A stretch of DNA of 64,000 nt from Minisyncoccota bacterium (GCA_023229825.1 JALNYN010000005.1:1933-65932); one strand, 5' to 3'. Shown: positions 9,770 through 20,102, numbered from the stretch's first letter. Notes: generated by a model not told the origin, from the sequence alone. Numbers and translations: made by a program.

Positions 9770-10711
9770 TTATTTTGCACGCATTTCTCTGACTCCGCGC
9801 AGCATTTCTTTGACCATTTTATCGAGATCGAATTGGTGTTTCCATTTCCAGTCTTTTCTGGCGCTTTTGTCGTCGATGCTTTTTGGCCAGGAATCCGCGA
9901 TACTTTGGCGGAAGTCGGGCAGGTATTTTATTTTGAGCGGTACGCCGGCTTTCCGTATCGCGTCCGCGAGCGTTGCCGGAGTGAAGCTCACCGCCGCGAG
10001 ATTATAGCTGGTTCTGATGGCGATCTTTTTCGGATCCGCGTCCATGATCTCGAGCGTTGCGCGGATGGCATCATCGATGTACATCATCGGAAGCGCAGTA
10101 TCTTTTTTCAAAAAACAAACGTACTCGCCGGTCTCGATCGCTTTCCAAAAAATGTCGACAGCGTAATCTGTCGTGCCGCCGCCCGGAAGGGTTTTCCAGC
10201 TGATAACGCCCGGATAGCGCACGCTCCTGACATCAACGCCGAATTTGTTGAAATAATATTGGCAGAGCAATTCTCCTGCGACTTTAGTTACTCCATACAT
10301 CGTACCGGGTTCAAGCACGGTTCGCTGAGGAGTGTTTTCTCTCGGTGTAGTTTTTCCGAACGCCGCGATCGAGCTTGGCCAGAAAACCTTGAGATCGTAT
10401 TCGCGCGCCAGATCAAGAATGTTTCTGAGTCCGTCCATATTCACTTTCCATGCGAGCTCAGGATTATTTTCACCGACGGCGGAGAGGAGGGAAACGAGAT
10501 GGTAGACCGTTCCGATGTTATGTTCGATGACGATATTTCGCAAGAGCTCTTTGTCGGTAATGTCTCCGATCACCGAAATGCCCTTGAAATTCGGGTCGAG
10601 CCTTTTGTCGAACGCTACGACGAGACTTTTTCCGGATCTTTTTTCAAGCGCTGCGATAAGTTCCGAGCCTATTTGTCCGAAAGCGCCTGTAACGAGAATA
10701 TTTTTTTTCAT
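9770..10711 (-). CDS. NAD-dependent epimerase/dehydratase family protein (L-threonine 3-dehydrogenase-like)
   Basis: Rossmann motif ILVTGAFGQIGSEL, catalytic YGVTK (YxxxK) motif. Confidence 0.75.
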   Translation of the reverse strand: MKKNILVTGAFGQIGSELIAALEKRSGKSLVVAFDKRLDPNFKGISVIGDITDKELLRNIVIEHNIGTVYHLVSLLSAVGENNPELAWKVNMDGLRNILDLAREYDLKVFWPSSIAAFGKTTPRENTPQRTVLEPGTMYGVTKVAGELLCQYYFNKFGVDVRSVRYPGVISWKTLPGGGTTDYAVDIFWKAIETGEYVCFLKKDTALPMMYIDDAIRATLEIMDADPKKIAIRTSYNLAAVSFTPATLADAIRKAGVPLKIKYLPDFRQSIADSWPKSIDDKSARKDWKWKHQFDLDKMVKEMLRGVREMRAK

Positions 10712-10731
10712 AATAAAAATATTGATTATTG

Positions 10732-11379
10732 CTATGCCGATTGCCGGTAGTTGAACTCTATTTTTGCGTCGCGAAGCCGTTCGAGGATCTTTTTTTGAGA
10801 GAACAGTTCTTCGGACCTAAAGAATATTATTTCTATTAAATGCCAGCCGAATACCCACCCGCCGATTATCAGACCTTCGGCCAGAAAAGAGAATTTCGCG
10901 TAGAGCTCATGAGTTTCCAAATATTGAGTGGCGAACGTGCCGGCAAAGAGAAACATAAGTCCGTATATTCCGCAGGTGATCGCATGATTCGCAGTTTTGC
11001 GAATTTTGTTGTTCTGCTTGCGTATTTCGTAATTAAAATAGTTCAAAAAACCTTGGATGCTTTTTTCTTCTTTTTCGGCATCTTTGAGATTTTCCGGAAT
11101 ATTGAACACGATGCATATATTGTATTTCGGAGAGATATCTTCGACGCTTGATTCTAGGAATTCGAAAAGTTCTTCGTCGAGATCTCGATTAGTGATCGGA
11201 GAGAAATCCCATTCATTATACAATTCGCGATAAAAATCGATCTCTACGTCGATATAACAGGTGTTCAGTTCCTTTGAATATCGATAGAGGTCTTTGCTGC
11301 GCTGTTTTTGAAATATGCGAAAAATAGTATTTATCATAAAGAGTATACGAAAGGATCGTATATGGTCATTATGCCACAT
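10732..11379 (-). CDS. hypothetical membrane protein
   Basis: 215 aa, two predicted C-terminal TM helices, no recognised motif. Confidence 0.4.
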   Translation of the reverse strand: MWHNDHIRSFRILFMINTIFRIFQKQRSKDLYRYSKELNTCYIDVEIDFYRELYNEWDFSPITNRDLDEELFEFLESSVEDISPKYNICIVFNIPENLKDAEKEEKSIQGFLNYFNYEIRKQNNKIRKTANHAITCGIYGLMFLFAGTFATQYLETHELYAKFSFLAEGLIIGGWVFGWHLIEIIFFRSEELFSQKKILERLRDAKIEFNYRQSA

Positions 11380-11410
11380 AAACGGTATTTGTTCAAAATT
11401 TTCATTTTTT

Positions 11411-11448
11411 GTCCCCTGATACTGATACTTTTCCCCGATACTTAAACT
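11411..11448. repeat. family-E repeat (cctgatactgatacttt motif)
   Basis: cccctgatactgatacttttccccgatactt; same motif at 49.18 kb and as an inverted pair at 53.96-54.04 kb. Confidence 0.45.
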
Positions 11449-12881
11449 TGGTGGCTTCTCGGGCGGCTTTCGTTCATTCCTTCGCCGGTGATGCGTACGA
11501 ACTCGGCTTTTTTCCAGAATTCTTTTATGTTGCGCGCTCCCGTATAGCTCATTCCCGATTGGAGACCGTCGAGCAGGCCCTGAAGGATTTTTCGCACTTC
11601 GCCTTTGAATGTGACGCGATAGCCGATGCCTTCGGGTGTTCGATCTTGGCGATCGGAATCTTTGTCGCCGCGCAAAACCATATCGATCGACGCGTCGCGC
11701 GATGCCAGTCCGCGATAGATCTTAAAGGCTTCGCCTCCTTCGATATAATATTCTCCCGGCGATTCTTTCGAACCGGAGAACAGATTGCCGATCATGACCG
11801 TTCCCGCGCCCGCTGCGATGGCTTTTGCCAGATCGCCGGAATTTTTTATGCCTCCATCCGCAATGATGGGGATCTTGAATTTATTCGCCGCTTTTGCGCA
11901 TTCAAGGACGGCGGTGAGCTGGGGAACTCCGGAACCGGCAACTATGCGGGTAGAGCAAGCTGCACCGGGACCGATGCCGATCTTTATCGCGTCAGCGCCC
12001 GCCCGTATGAGATCGATCGTTCCTTCCGCGGTGGCGACATTTCCGGCTACGATATCTATTGATGGAAATTTTTTCTTTAATTTTTTGACGAGATCAATGC
12101 AGGTATTATGATGTCCATGCGCAATATCAATGACGAGCGCATCCACGCCGGCGGCAACAAGAAGTTCTGCGCGTTCCATCCCGTCTTTTACTCCGATCGC
12201 TGCACCGACCAAGAGATGTCCGCGTTTATCTTTTGAAGCATGGGGACTTTCTTTTGTTTTCTTATAATCCGATGCTGTGATCAGCCCGGATAATTTCCCG
12301 TTCTTGTCGACGAGCGGCAGTTTTTCGATCTTATGCTTATCGAGGATCTCGAGCGCTTCAATGTTCCCGATATCGCGGTTCGCCGTGATCATTTTTTCTT
12401 TCGGGGTCATGAGCTTCATGACGGAAACGCTGAGATCGGTTTTAAAACGAATATCTCTCGCGGTAAGAATTCCGAGAATATCGCGTTCGGGGGAACACAC
12501 GATCACTCCGGTCACATGATTTTTCGCCATGAGGTCGAGTGCATCGCGCAAGGTCGCTTCTTTTCGGATGGTTATCGGATCATGAATGAAAAGGCTTTCC
12601 GCTCGTTTTACTCGGCGAACTTCATTAGCCTCCTCTTCCGCGCTTTGAAAACGGTGGATGATCCCCATGCCGCCTTCGCGAGCCATATGGATCGCCATTT
12701 CCGCGCCGGTCACGGTATCCATGTTTGCCGAAACGACCGGCACATTGAGTTTGATCCTTCGCGAGAACATGGTCGACAGATCTATCAGTTTGCGCGAAGG
12801 GATATCCGAATAATGCGGGACGAGAAGAACATCGTCGTACGAGAGAGCGAGGCGAAATGGTTCATTGGTTGTGTTTTTCAT
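11442..12881 (-). CDS. guaB: inosine-5'-monophosphate dehydrogenase with tandem CBS domains
   Basis: GGMGIIHR, catalytic Cys loop [14 protein letters not shown] pair; start taken at MKNTTNEPF (ORF track extends to 13007). Confidence 0.9.
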   Translation of the reverse strand: MKNTTNEPFRLALSYDDVLLVPHYSDIPSRKLIDLSTMFSRRIKLNVPVVSANMDTVTGAEMAIHMAREGGMGIIHRFQSAEEEANEVRRVKRAESLFIHDPITIRKEATLRDALDLMAKNHVTGVIVCSPERDILGILTARDIRFKTDLSVSVMKLMTPKEKMITANRDIGNIEALEILDKHKIEKLPLVDKNGKLSGLITASDYKKTKESPHASKDKRGHLLVGAAIGVKDGMERAELLVAAGVDALVIDIAHGHHNTCIDLVKKLKKKFPSIDIVAGNVATAEGTIDLIRAGADAIKIGIGPGAACSTRIVAGSGVPQLTAVLECAKAANKFKIPIIADGGIKNSGDLAKAIAAGAGTVMIGNLFSGSKESPGEYYIEGGEAFKIYRGLASRDASIDMVLRGDKDSDRQDRTPEGIGYRVTFKGEVRKILQGLLDGLQSGMSYTGARNIKEFWKKAEFVRITGEGMNESRPRSHQV

Positions 12882-12988
12882 TCGTGAATTATAACGAATA
12901 TCCAGATTTGTGTCAAAAACTTCTTGGCTCGAGATGAATATGAAATAAAAAAATCCGACGAAATTTTCATTCGTCGGATACTCAGGTA

Positions 12989-13765
12989 TTACTTGCAGGC
13001 AGCGCACGGATATCTCTCGAGTTTATTATATCCGCCATCGTTGTTTTGCTTCCAAACATTGAATCGAAGAATTTTTCGATCCGGATGAGCCTTCATATTG
13101 AGGACGATGGAGGCGGAAACTCCCCAAACCAATTCATCGCCGTCCGGACCAAGCCATTTCATCGGGATCGGCTCCTTTGGCTCGTCTGCCTTGATAAGTT
13201 CGCTGACCAGGATCTGGATCGCCAGATCATGTCCGGTACTGATCCGATAAAGCGAATCGCGATTGTAACGCGGCGCTTCGAGGGCGGGAGGCGTATGCTG
13301 TTCCGGCAGCGGTTGTTCTTTCCCGTTAAGGGTTAAACGAAGGGGTTCCTTTTGTTTTAGCGGAACCTTTTTCAATTTTACCTCGCTACCTGCCGTCGGA
13401 CGTTCCGTATTGTATTGAACCGCATTTTCTCTTCGGATCTTAACGGTTGAGGCAAAACGATAGCGCGGTTTGTCGTCGCCCCATTCTTTGGAGTAGACAT
13501 AAAAATTCAATCCAAAGTCGGTTACCGGAAGATCCAAGGCTCCGGCTGACATTTCGTCCGTTAAAGATTCGATCATCTTCCAGCTTGTTTCGACAAGACC
13601 GTGAGAATCTTTCTCAAACTTTTTCGGAAGTCCAACGGCTTCCGTCGGATCTATTCTTGTGTGTCCAACGTTCATTTCGTAAATTTTTTCCGCCGATCTC
13701 GGATCGAGCGGCTGAAGATACCATTTTCGCCGTTTGAAACGGACGCGAGCGATTAATGCAGACAT
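12989..13765 (-). CDS. hypothetical protein
   Basis: 258-aa ORF, no recognised motifs. Confidence 0.4.
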   Translation of the reverse strand: MSALIARVRFKRRKWYLQPLDPRSAEKIYEMNVGHTRIDPTEAVGLPKKFEKDSHGLVETSWKMIESLTDEMSAGALDLPVTDFGLNFYVYSKEWGDDKPRYRFASTVKIRRENAVQYNTERPTAGSEVKLKKVPLKQKEPLRLTLNGKEQPLPEQHTPPALEAPRYNRDSLYRISTGHDLAIQILVSELIKADEPKEPIPMKWLGPDGDELVWGVSASIVLNMKAHPDRKILRFNVWKQNNDGGYNKLERYPCAACK

Positions 13766-13936
13766 CGATAATACCTCACGATTCGAGTGTTAAAAAGCAT
13801 TGTTTCTAATAAAAATTATATCATGTATGTTTAAAAATAGCAAGGCAGAGCCGGTTGACATAGGATGTTTTCGATGTAGTATCAATTTAGATTGCGTACT
13901 TTGAAAAATCGCCTCGTCGGGTGAAGGAGTTTGTTC

Positions 13937-14311
13937 ATGAACGAAATACAAAACGAACCGCAAAAGCAGGAAACAAAAACAGAACCGATTTGGGTCATTA
14001 AAGGATATTGCAAATCCTGCAAAAAATGCGTCTATGCCTGTCCGGCCGGAGTACTTTCGATGGCCGAGGTCAAAGAAGCGATACCTGGCTGTATGATCTC
14101 AGTCGATCGGCCCGATCTATGCATCGGATGCCGGCATTGCGAATACGCTTGTCCAGACCGCGCCATTTCGGTGGCGGAAAAAAATGAATTTCCTTTTGCG
14201 AAGAAAATAACGCCGGAAGCGAAAGAGCGCCAGACAAAAATACTGGCGAACGATTGCCAATCACTATCAACAGGAGAAAAAGATGAGAAAGCTGAAAGCG
14301 AACGGCAATGA
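13937..14311 (+). CDS. 2-oxoacid:ferredoxin oxidoreductase delta subunit (2x[4Fe-4S] ferredoxin)
   Basis: Two CxxCxxCxxxCP motifs (CKSCKKCVYACP, CIGCRHCEYACP); ATG preceded by GGAG; first gene of the D-A-B/G cluster. Confidence 0.75.
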   Translation: MNEIQNEPQKQETKTEPIWVIKGYCKSCKKCVYACPAGVLSMAEVKEAIPGCMISVDRPDLCIGCRHCEYACPDRAISVAEKNEFPFAKKITPEAKERQTKILANDCQSLSTGEKDEKAESERQ

Positions 14312-15419
14312 ACTTATCGCACTCGCGGCGGAAGATGCCGGATGTACGTTTTTTGCCGGTTACCCCATCACTCCTTCGTCGGAGGTGATGAGCATACTGT
14401 CGAAAAGATTTCCGCTCATTGAACGGAAATTCATTCAAATGGAAGACGAGATCGGCTCTATCTGTGCCGCGATCGGAGCATCGTTAACCGGAAAGAGATC
14501 CATGACGAACACGTCGGGACCCGGAATGTCGCTCAAAGCGGAACAGATCGGTCAGGCGCACATGGCGGAAATTCCGCTCGTTATCGTGAATGTCATGAGA
14601 GGAGGACCGGCAACGGGGCTTCCCACGCGAACTTCGCAAGGCGACGTGCTTCAATCGAGAGCGCCGACGCATGGAGATGTGAAGACGATCGTTCTCGCTC
14701 CGTCCACGACGTCCGAATGCTATACGGAAACCGTCCGAGCTTTCAATTTGGCTGAACGGTTCATGCAGCCGGTGATCTTATTATCGGATGAAACGCTCGC
14801 GCATACGTCGAGAGATGTTTTGATCCCCGATCTTTCGGAAATACAAAAAACGCTCGTGACGCGAAGAGTGAACTATCTCAGTGATTATCAGCCCTGCGAT
14901 GTCAAAGATGACGAACCGGCGATACTCAATCCGTTTTTCACGGGAAAGCCGTACCACATTACCGGACTTTTTCATGACAAAACCGATTTTCCGACGGAAA
15001 AGCCCGATCTGTGCCAGCAATTGATCGACCGCCAGTTCAGAAAGGTCGACAATCATCTGCGCGATATCGAAAAAGTTGAAAAATATCGGTATGACGATGC
15101 GGATTACCTTATTGTTTGTTACGGATCGGTATATTTGTCCGCGCGCGATGCGGCGGATACGCTTCGGAAAGAAGGTCTTCACGTCGGAATATTTTGTCCG
15201 AAAACATTATGGCCGAGTCCGGTGAAACGGCTCGAAGATGCATCAAAGAAGTTCGATGCTTCAAATATCCTGGTGGTGGAAATGAACAAAGGCCAATATC
15301 TGCGGGAAGTGGAACGCGCGATGGGAAAACGTCTGCCGTTCCTTTCCAAAGTGAACGGCCGATTATTCGAACCGCCGGAAATTATGAACAAGATTCGGGA
15401 GATGCATCATGGCGTATAA
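14283..15419 (+). CDS. 2-oxoacid:ferredoxin oxidoreductase alpha subunit
   Basis: POR/KOR alpha fold (AGYPITPSSEV..., GPATGLPTRTSQGD), 4-bp overlaps with flanking subunit genes. Confidence 0.85.
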   Translation: MRKLKANGNELIALAAEDAGCTFFAGYPITPSSEVMSILSKRFPLIERKFIQMEDEIGSICAAIGASLTGKRSMTNTSGPGMSLKAEQIGQAHMAEIPLVIVNVMRGGPATGLPTRTSQGDVLQSRAPTHGDVKTIVLAPSTTSECYTETVRAFNLAERFMQPVILLSDETLAHTSRDVLIPDLSEIQKTLVTRRVNYLSDYQPCDVKDDEPAILNPFFTGKPYHITGLFHDKTDFPTEKPDLCQQLIDRQFRKVDNHLRDIEKVEKYRYDDADYLIVCYGSVYLSARDAADTLRKEGLHVGIFCPKTLWPSPVKRLEDASKKFDASNILVVEMNKGQYLREVERAMGKRLPFLSKVNGRLFEPPEIMNKIREMHHGV

Positions 15420-16848
15420 TTACGATTCAAAATTAAGAAAGGAACGTCTGCCGACTCAATGGTGTCCGGGCTGCGGAAACGGAATAGTCTTGAATGCTAT
15501 TATCCGCGCTATGGACACCATGGGATGGAAAAAAGAAGATGTTTGCCTGGTCTCAGGTATCGGATGTTCCGGACGCATGAGTTCGTATATGGATTGTTTT
15601 ACTTTTCATTCGACGCACGGCCGTCCGGTCGCCTATGCCACCGGCATAAAATTCGCGGAACCGGAAAAACCCGTTATTGTGGTTTCCGGGGACGGCGATG
15701 GTCTCGCGATCGGCTTGAGCCATTTCCTGCACGGATGCCGAAGAAATATCGATCTGAAATATATTATCATCAATAACTTCATCTACGGTCTGACCAATTC
15801 TCAAGCGAGCCCAACGACTCCTCTCGGGATGTGGGCGGTCACTCAGCCGTTCGGAAACATCGAAAATACTTTTGATGCCTGCGATCTTGCCATTGCCGCG
15901 AAAGCAACCTTCGTCGCGCGAAGCACCACGCTCGATCTTCTCAGGTTGGAAAAAGTTCTTACTGCCGCCTTTCAACATAAAGGGTTCAGTTTTGTGGAGA
16001 TCCTTTCAGGGTGTCCGGTAAACTTCGGACGAAAGAACGACATGGGTGCTCCGAAAGAGATGGATGATTGGATAGGTTCGATCGGTGTGCCGAGCGCTCG
16101 GTGGCAAACGCTTTCCGAAGAAGAAAAAGAAGGGAAGTTCCCGGTCGGCATACTGAAACAAACCGCCGGCGCAAAAGAATATTGCGAAAAATATTCGGAA
16201 CATGTAAAAAAGATCCGAGAAGAAGATCATGGTACGGGAATTTTCTGTGAGACCATCGCGCCGGAAGATCAAGAGAACGAGGAGTGCGATTCCGTCAAAC
16301 GGCAATTTCGTTTTACCGGCGTCGGCGGACAAGGAATAATCTCCGCAGGAGAAATTCTTTGCGAAGCCATGATCAGATCGGGACTTCACTCTGCGACCAG
16401 TCTCGCGATGAATTCTCAAGTTCGAGGAGGTCCGACATCTCGCGATGTATTGTGCGATAAAAAGGAGATCAATTATCCGTACGCCATAAACGGCGAGATC
16501 GAATTCATGCTTTCCGTCGCCGACAGTTCCTATCAGATATACAAAAAAGGAGTCACGCCGGGCGGCATTATCGTGATAGATCCGAACCTTGTTCATGCAT
16601 CAAGCGATGATCGAAAAACGTGGAAAATTCTCGAAATACCGATCGTTGAGATCGCAAAAAAAGAGATCGGAAATATTGCGGCGCAATCGTCTATCGCTCT
16701 CGGCATTGCCGTTTCGATAACGAAATGCGTCAAGGAAGAAATTCTGTTGCAATCCATCACGGAAATGGTTCCGAAAAAATCGATACCAGCGAACATAAAA
16801 GCGTTCAAGCTCGGTATTGAATATGCGGAGAGAGTACTGAAAGAATAA
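15409..16848 (+). CDS. 2-oxoacid:ferredoxin oxidoreductase beta subunit fused to gamma subunit
   Basis: TPP-binding GDGDGLAIG...NN..YGLT in N-half; C-half FTGVGGQGIISAGEIL is the gamma-subunit signature. Confidence 0.8.
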   Translation: MAYNYDSKLRKERLPTQWCPGCGNGIVLNAIIRAMDTMGWKKEDVCLVSGIGCSGRMSSYMDCFTFHSTHGRPVAYATGIKFAEPEKPVIVVSGDGDGLAIGLSHFLHGCRRNIDLKYIIINNFIYGLTNSQASPTTPLGMWAVTQPFGNIENTFDACDLAIAAKATFVARSTTLDLLRLEKVLTAAFQHKGFSFVEILSGCPVNFGRKNDMGAPKEMDDWIGSIGVPSARWQTLSEEEKEGKFPVGILKQTAGAKEYCEKYSEHVKKIREEDHGTGIFCETIAPEDQENEECDSVKRQFRFTGVGGQGIISAGEILCEAMIRSGLHSATSLAMNSQVRGGPTSRDVLCDKKEINYPYAINGEIEFMLSVADSSYQIYKKGVTPGGIIVIDPNLVHASSDDRKTWKILEIPIVEIAKKEIGNIAAQSSIALGIAVSITKCVKEEILLQSITEMVPKKSIPANIKAFKLGIEYAERVLKE

Positions 16849-16862
16849 ATATTCTTTCACAA

Positions 16863-16895
16863 CAGCGGTGGCGGAAAGCCGCCGCTTTTTTTGAA
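16863..16895 (+). terminator. rho-independent terminator after the oxidoreductase operon
   Basis: agcggtggcggaaagccgccgct stem-loop + ttttttt. Confidence 0.75.
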
Positions 16896-16916
16896 CAAAA
16901 ATAATAATGCTTCCCA

Positions 16917-16954
16917 CGCCCTGCTGTAAATTCTAGCATATGCTAGAATTTACA
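16917..16954. repeat. 38-bp perfect palindrome ctgctgtaaattctagcatatgctagaatttacagcag
   Basis: Exact reverse-complement symmetry; the two halves equal the TIRs of the 7616-8102 element joined head-to-head. Confidence 0.6.
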
Positions 16955-16993
16955 GCAGGCATTTTTTTTATTTTATGTGCTATAATATCGGCT

Positions 16994-17365
16994 ATGGCGA
17001 AAATAAAACCACCTACACCACGCGAAAAACGCAAGGCCTACATTCAAGCTCGTTTGGCGTACTGGAATCAATTTTATGGTTTTTCTTGGAACCGCGTGAC
17101 GATCAAAAATATGCGATCACGTCTCGGAAGCTGTTCGTCGCTCCGCAATCTTAATTTCGCGTCGAAATTATTTTCCTATCCGCCGGAGGTGATCGATTAT
17201 GTGGTTGTTCATGAATTGTGCCATTTGAAAGAAATGAATCACTCCAAAAGATTTTATGATCTCATTGCGCAAACCATTCCCGACTGGAAAGAAAGAAAAG
17301 CGTCTCTGAAAAAACGAGACCTGAGAAAAAGTTTTTCCTTGTTTTTTAGCCGATTTAGACTATAA
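16994..17365 (+). CDS. YgjP-like metallopeptidase (DUF45/M48-like, HExxH)
   Basis: VVHELCHLKEMNHSKRFYDLI zinc-binding HExxH context; ORF-track start 16940 lies inside the palindrome, MAKIK start preferred. Confidence 0.6.
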   Translation: MAKIKPPTPREKRKAYIQARLAYWNQFYGFSWNRVTIKNMRSRLGSCSSLRNLNFASKLFSYPPEVIDYVVVHELCHLKEMNHSKRFYDLIAQTIPDWKERKASLKKRDLRKSFSLFFSRFRL

Positions 17366-17387
17366 TTCGGCAATACAAATAAATTCT

Positions 17388-18803
17388 ATGAATATACGAA
17401 AAACCAAGATCGTGGCGACGATCGGCCCGGCTTCATGCTCCGAGCGAGAGCTTACCGGAATGATCAACGCAGGAATGAATGTGGCGCGCCTGAATTTTTC
17501 TCACGGTTCGCACGAGGAGCACTCCGAGGTGATACGGACCATTCGCGACACATCGGAAAAATTGCATATTCCCGTTGCGATCCTTCAGGATCTGTCCGGA
17601 CCGAAGATACGGATCGGAAGTTTTGAAACTGAAACGGTTCATCTCAAAAAAGATGCGGAATTTACGCTGACCACCGAAGCGTTTGTCGGCAGCGAAGAAC
17701 GCGTTTACGTAAATTATAAAAATCTTCCCAAGGAAGTTTCCGAAGGTTCTCACATCATGCTCGATGACGGCAAGATAAAATTAAGGGTGCAATCAGTGAA
17801 GGGCGAAGATATTAAATGCATAGTGGTAAATGGCGGAACGATACGCGGCTCTCGCGGGGTGAATGTTCCGGGAACGAAACTTTCCATCGGCTGTCTGGGA
17901 AAAAAAGACAAAGACGATCTTTTGCTCGGTATCAGAGAGAAAGTCGATTTTGTCGCGCTGTCTTTCGTACAGTCGGCGGAAGATATCCGTCATCTTCGAA
18001 AAATACTGGATGAACATAATTCACGCATTGCCATTATCGCAAAGATCGAAACTGAGGAAGCGGTAAAAAATATTGATGAGATCATTGAAGTATCCGATGG
18101 CATCATGATCGCGAGAGGCGATCTCGCGGTTGAGATACCTGCGGAGGAGGTTCCTCTTGCACAGAAATTGATCATAAAGAAATCCATCATGGCGGGGAAG
18201 CCGGTTATCACCGCGACACAGATGCTCGATTCCATGATCCATTCGCCGGTACCGACGCGCGCGGAAGTGAGCGATGTTTCAAATGCGATCTTGGACGGAA
18301 CGGATGCGATCATGCTTTCAGGAGAAACGGCAACGGGAGATCATCCTGTCCTCACCATAGAAACTATGTCCCGTATTGCTCACCGGACGGAGGAAAGCGA
18401 GCTTTTTCAAGAAGAGGTTAAAAAATTCGTACGCATAACGAAGGGTGTAGCGGATTCTGTCAGTTTGTCTGTTGCCGTGACAGCCGCGAATATCGATGCG
18501 AAAGCGATCATTGCGCTTTCGGAAACCGGGTTCACTCCGCGAATGATCTCGCGCTATAAACCGAGACACCCGATCTTCGTTTTTACGCCGCACATCGAAA
18601 CGAGAAATCGGGCATTGCTCAGCTTTGGATGTTTTCCGGAACTCGGTCCGCATTTCACCGAGCTCTCCGAAGCGGCGGAACATGCGAAAAAATTTTTGAT
18701 ACATCGTAAAAATTTTAAAAAGGGAGATAAGTTCGTTCTCTGTGCCGGAATTCCTTTCGGAAAAAAAGGCAGTACGAATCTGATGCTGGCGCAAAGCATA
18801 TAA
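17388..18803 (+). CDS. pyk: pyruvate kinase
   Basis: KIVATIGPAS, NFSHG, MVARGDLAVEIP, C-terminal allosteric domain. Confidence 0.9.
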   Translation: MNIRKTKIVATIGPASCSERELTGMINAGMNVARLNFSHGSHEEHSEVIRTIRDTSEKLHIPVAILQDLSGPKIRIGSFETETVHLKKDAEFTLTTEAFVGSEERVYVNYKNLPKEVSEGSHIMLDDGKIKLRVQSVKGEDIKCIVVNGGTIRGSRGVNVPGTKLSIGCLGKKDKDDLLLGIREKVDFVALSFVQSAEDIRHLRKILDEHNSRIAIIAKIETEEAVKNIDEIIEVSDGIMIARGDLAVEIPAEEVPLAQKLIIKKSIMAGKPVITATQMLDSMIHSPVPTRAEVSDVSNAILDGTDAIMLSGETATGDHPVLTIETMSRIAHRTEESELFQEEVKKFVRITKGVADSVSLSVAVTAANIDAKAIIALSETGFTPRMISRYKPRHPIFVFTPHIETRNRALLSFGCFPELGPHFTELSEAAEHAKKFLIHRKNFKKGDKFVLCAGIPFGKKGSTNLMLAQSI

Positions 18804-18912
18804 AATTAAAAAAGGAAAAATGAAAAAGTAAAAACGACAATTAAAAATTAAAAAGTCCACCATCAACTGTCGTTACTTTTTAATTTTTCATTTTTACTTT
18901 TTAATTTGAAAC

Positions 18913-19143
18913 ATGTACATAAAGATCAAAGTCACACCTCATGCAAAAAAAGAAACCTTCGTGAAAATTTCCGAGGATCATTTTGAGGCATCGGTAAAGG
19001 AAAAAGCGGAGCGGAATATGGCAAATAACCGCGTTCGCGAATTGGTCGCGGAGCATTTTGGCATCCTCACCGGAAAAGCGAAACTTATTTCGGGACATCA
19101 TTCGCCGTCAAAAATTTTTTCTGTGGAAATTGATGAGGCGTAA
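18913..19143 (+). CDS. DUF167/YggU family protein
   Basis: 76 aa; KIKVTPHAKK...NRVRELVAEHFGI...LISGHHSPSK matches UPF0235 pattern. Confidence 0.6.
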   Translation: MYIKIKVTPHAKKETFVKISEDHFEASVKEKAERNMANNRVRELVAEHFGILTGKAKLISGHHSPSKIFSVEIDEA

Positions 19144-19217
19144 TTCAGCGATGTTTGTTATAATTATATAATTCACCTTACTCAGATTTTTAAAAATTGA
19201 CATAATTCGTTGTCGTC

Positions 19218-19325
19218 CGTTGCCCGACGGGGTTTGTAACCCCGTTGGAACGTTTGGAAATAACGATGAATGTGGTTTATTACAAACGTTTCGAACGGGG
19301 TCAGAGACCCGCGTCCGGCGGCTAT
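19218..19325. repeat. family-A palindromic repeat, copy 2 (intergenic)
   Basis: cccgacggggtttgtaaccccgttggaacgtttgg ... caaacgtttcgaacggggtcagagacccgcgtccggcgg. Confidence 0.55.
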
Positions 19326-19367
19326 AAAATTTCGTGAGTAAAGTGAATTATATAAAATATATTCATT

Positions 19368-20051
19368 ATGGTAAAAATAATTAAAACATTGCGCATCACG
19401 GCATGGATCTTGATCGCGCTCACGGCGCTGACCTTGCTTTCCGGATTTTTGTCGGTGAAACCATCGGCGCTTCCGTGGCTTCCAAAAGTGGATTCGTATT
19501 ATCTGCATGTCGTCGTATTGCCGCTTCTTTTTGTACCCATTATCTATCTTCATTCGCTCATGGGAATTTTGCTGTTCTTCTCTCGGAATCCGAAGTACGA
19601 TAAGGTACCGCTGAAATCCGCGGCGGCCGGTTTGTGGACGGCGCTTTTTATTCTTTTCGGTTTCTTATACTTTGTTCCAGCTGCCGTTCCGGAAGCGGTA
19701 AACTCGCCCGCTGCATCCGCACAAACCACTCTTGCCGCCGCAGAGATCGCCCGTCACAGTACCGCAAGCGATTGCTGGATAATTATCGGAGGTAAAGTCT
19801 ATGATGTCTCGGGGTACGCGACAGAGCATCCGGGTGGAGCGCAGAATATCGAATCGTTTTGCGGCAAAGATGGGACAGAGGCATTTGCTACGAAAGGGGA
19901 AAAAGGACAGCCTCACTCAGACAGTGCGCAGCAATTCCTGTCATCGATGTATCTCGGCGATATGGGATCGAACATCTCAAAAAGCGTTCTCGAAAAAGCT
20001 CGGTCTGTTCAGTTTCCGGTACAAAGTGAGGATGAGGGAGATGATGATTAA
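19368..20051 (+). CDS. membrane protein with C-terminal cytochrome b5-like heme-binding domain
   Basis: Three N-terminal TM helices; DCWIIIGGKVYDVSGYATEHPGG contains the classic HPGG heme-ligand motif. Confidence 0.65.
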   Translation: MVKIIKTLRITAWILIALTALTLLSGFLSVKPSALPWLPKVDSYYLHVVVLPLLFVPIIYLHSLMGILLFFSRNPKYDKVPLKSAAAGLWTALFILFGFLYFVPAAVPEAVNSPAASAQTTLAAAEIARHSTASDCWIIIGGKVYDVSGYATEHPGGAQNIESFCGKDGTEAFATKGEKGQPHSDSAQQFLSSMYLGDMGSNISKSVLEKARSVQFPVQSEDEGDDD

Positions 20052-20061
20052 ATAGAAAAAG

Positions 20062-20092
20062 AAAAGGCGCCGAAAGTTCGGCGCCTTTTTAG
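20062..20092. terminator. bidirectional terminator between convergent genes
   Basis: aaaaggcgccgaaagttcggcgcctttt. Confidence 0.75.
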
Positions 20093-20102
20093 TGAACGAT
20101 GA

